Origin: Thermodesulfovibrio sp.
Lineage (GTDB): Bacteria > Nitrospirota > Thermodesulfovibrionia > Thermodesulfovibrionales > JdFR-85
Length of the DNA: 25,523 nucleotides
Direction of reading: 5' to 3'
Assembly: GCA_027016675.1 (NCBI GenBank)
Contig: JALUSH010000162.1
Location: 1-25,523 of the forward strand
Part shown: positions 24,551 through 25,523 of the stretch, piece by piece
Numbering within the stretch: position 1 is the stretch's first letter
Layout: each line of letters opens with the position of its first letter
Made by a program: the position numbers and the translations under genes
The notes under the pieces: model-generated
The model's database searches: none
What the model was told of the DNA's origin: nothing
What the model saw: the letters and a program-made list of their open reading frames with translations, nothing else

Positions 24551-25249
24551 TTAATAAAATATACTGAATATCAGAAACGTTACCAGTGCTCCAATAACTG
24601 CACCAAGAACAACCTCCCATGGAGTATGCACCCTGACAGCAACCCTGCTCTGAGCAATCACAAAAGCCGCTACCAGGGTAAGCAAGGATACAATAAAATT
24701 TGAGCTTATATAGGATACTGACACCCAGATTGAAAATGACAAAGCTGCGTGACCACTTGGCAATCCTCCTCTTAAAGGGTGTCCTCTGCCAGCGTAGGCC
24801 TTTGTAATAACCACCAAAATTAATACAACTACAAGGGCAATTATTGCAATGTCCTCAGCAGAGTGTTTCGTGATCTTTATTCCTTCTGTTACAGCTCTTT
24901 CCAGATAGGGTAGTAGTATTATGTACCCTATAACCACAGAGCCAAAAGCTGCAATCAAAACTGCACCAGCAGCAATATCCTTTATCACTCGTGCCTTTTC
25001 ATCTGGTTCAGGCAGAATTATATCAACCACAATCTCAAGGGCAGAATTTATCATCTCTGCAACAATCACTATCACAGAAATCAGACATATGATAAGAAAC
25101 TCGCCCCTGCTGATACCAAGCAGAAAGCTCAGCAGCAGTATTGTAGAGGCTGCGTAGAGATGGTAACGAACATGGCGCTGGGTCTTTGCTGCATAAATAA
25201 TTCCTTCAATTGCATTATTTGCAGACTCAACCCATTTCCTTAATGGCAT
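24551..25249 (-). CDS. dgkA: DgkA-type diacylglycerol/undecaprenol kinase fused to a PAP2-type phosphatase domain (232 aa)
   Basis: DAGK motifs AEMINSALE and KDIAAGAVL; PAP2 motifs PSGH and [12 protein letters not shown]. Follows ybeY, a conserved pairing. Confidence 0.85.
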   Translation of the reverse strand: MPLRKWVESANNAIEGIIYAAKTQRHVRYHLYAASTILLLSFLLGISRGEFLIICLISVIVIVAEMINSALEIVVDIILPEPDEKARVIKDIAAGAVLIAAFGSVVIGYIILLPYLERAVTEGIKITKHSAEDIAIIALVVVLILVVITKAYAGRGHPLRGGLPSGHAALSFSIWVSVSYISSNFIVSLLTLVAAFVIAQSRVAVRVHTPWEVVLGAVIGALVTFLIFSIFY

Positions 25250-25523
25250 TGAAAAGAACTGTCTCCCTTTCCTTCATCTTTCTTGCCTGATAAGGATTCC
25301 TTTCATGGTCATAACCAAGAAGATGCAGCAGGCCATGGATGGTTACCCTTAAGAGTTCATCCCAGAATGTATTCCCATACAAAGGTGCCTGTCTCTTAAC
25401 CTGATAAGGATTGATTATGATCTCACCCAGAAATATATCTTCCTCTGGGGGCATTAACCCACTTTCCTCTTTTACTCTTAAAAAATCCTTCTTTGATTCA
25501 AACATTGGGAAAGAAAGCACATC
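25227..25523 (-). CDS. ybeY: rRNA maturation endoribonuclease YbeY (5' part outside the window)
   Basis: DVLSFP at the window edge, LGEIII, and Zn motif IHGLLHLLGYDH. Confidence 0.93.
   Translation of the reverse strand, partial: DVLSFPMFESKKDFLRVKEESGLMPPEEDIFLGEIIINPYQVKRQAPLYGNTFWDELLRVTIHGLLHLLGYDHERNPYQARKMKERETVLFNAIKEMG

Overview
Chromosomal housekeeping and cell-envelope region of a diderm bacterium. The gene content and AT-rich composition suggest Nitrospirota/Thermodesulfovibrionia or a deltaproteobacterium-like organism, but this is inference only. There are four gene blocks. (1) A tightly coupled minus-strand run: isochorismatase-family hydrolase, pcm, mlaF, a long mlaD with a predicted C-terminal beta-barrel, gspE (MshEN motif), gspK, GspL/PilN-like and GspM/PilO-like genes, then a REP-like hairpin doublet and a gene start truncated at the left edge. 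(2) A plus-strand aspartate-family cluster: a Zn-ribbon ThrC-like PLP enzyme, a MoaD/ThiS sulfur carrier with a masked GG, a standalone NIL domain, canonical thrC, an ApgM-like candidate homoserine kinase and lysC. (3) A small exported Cys-motif protein, a rod-like 6S-type RNA candidate, then tamB, an Omp85 with seven POTRA repeats and a SurA-N-like chaperone. (4) A minus-strand run: ybeY (partial), a DgkA-PAP2 fusion, a nitroreductase, a 135-bp element with terminal inverted repeats, short gnd, ubiX and a short ArgA-type GNAT. No transposase, integrase, CRISPR array, rRNA or tRNA was seen. The best candidate for an uncharacterised system is the ThrC-like/sulfur carrier/NIL module, which may form a sulfur-insertion (homocysteine) branch at O-phosphohomoserine. 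All calls come from reading motifs by eye; no database searches or folding programs were run.
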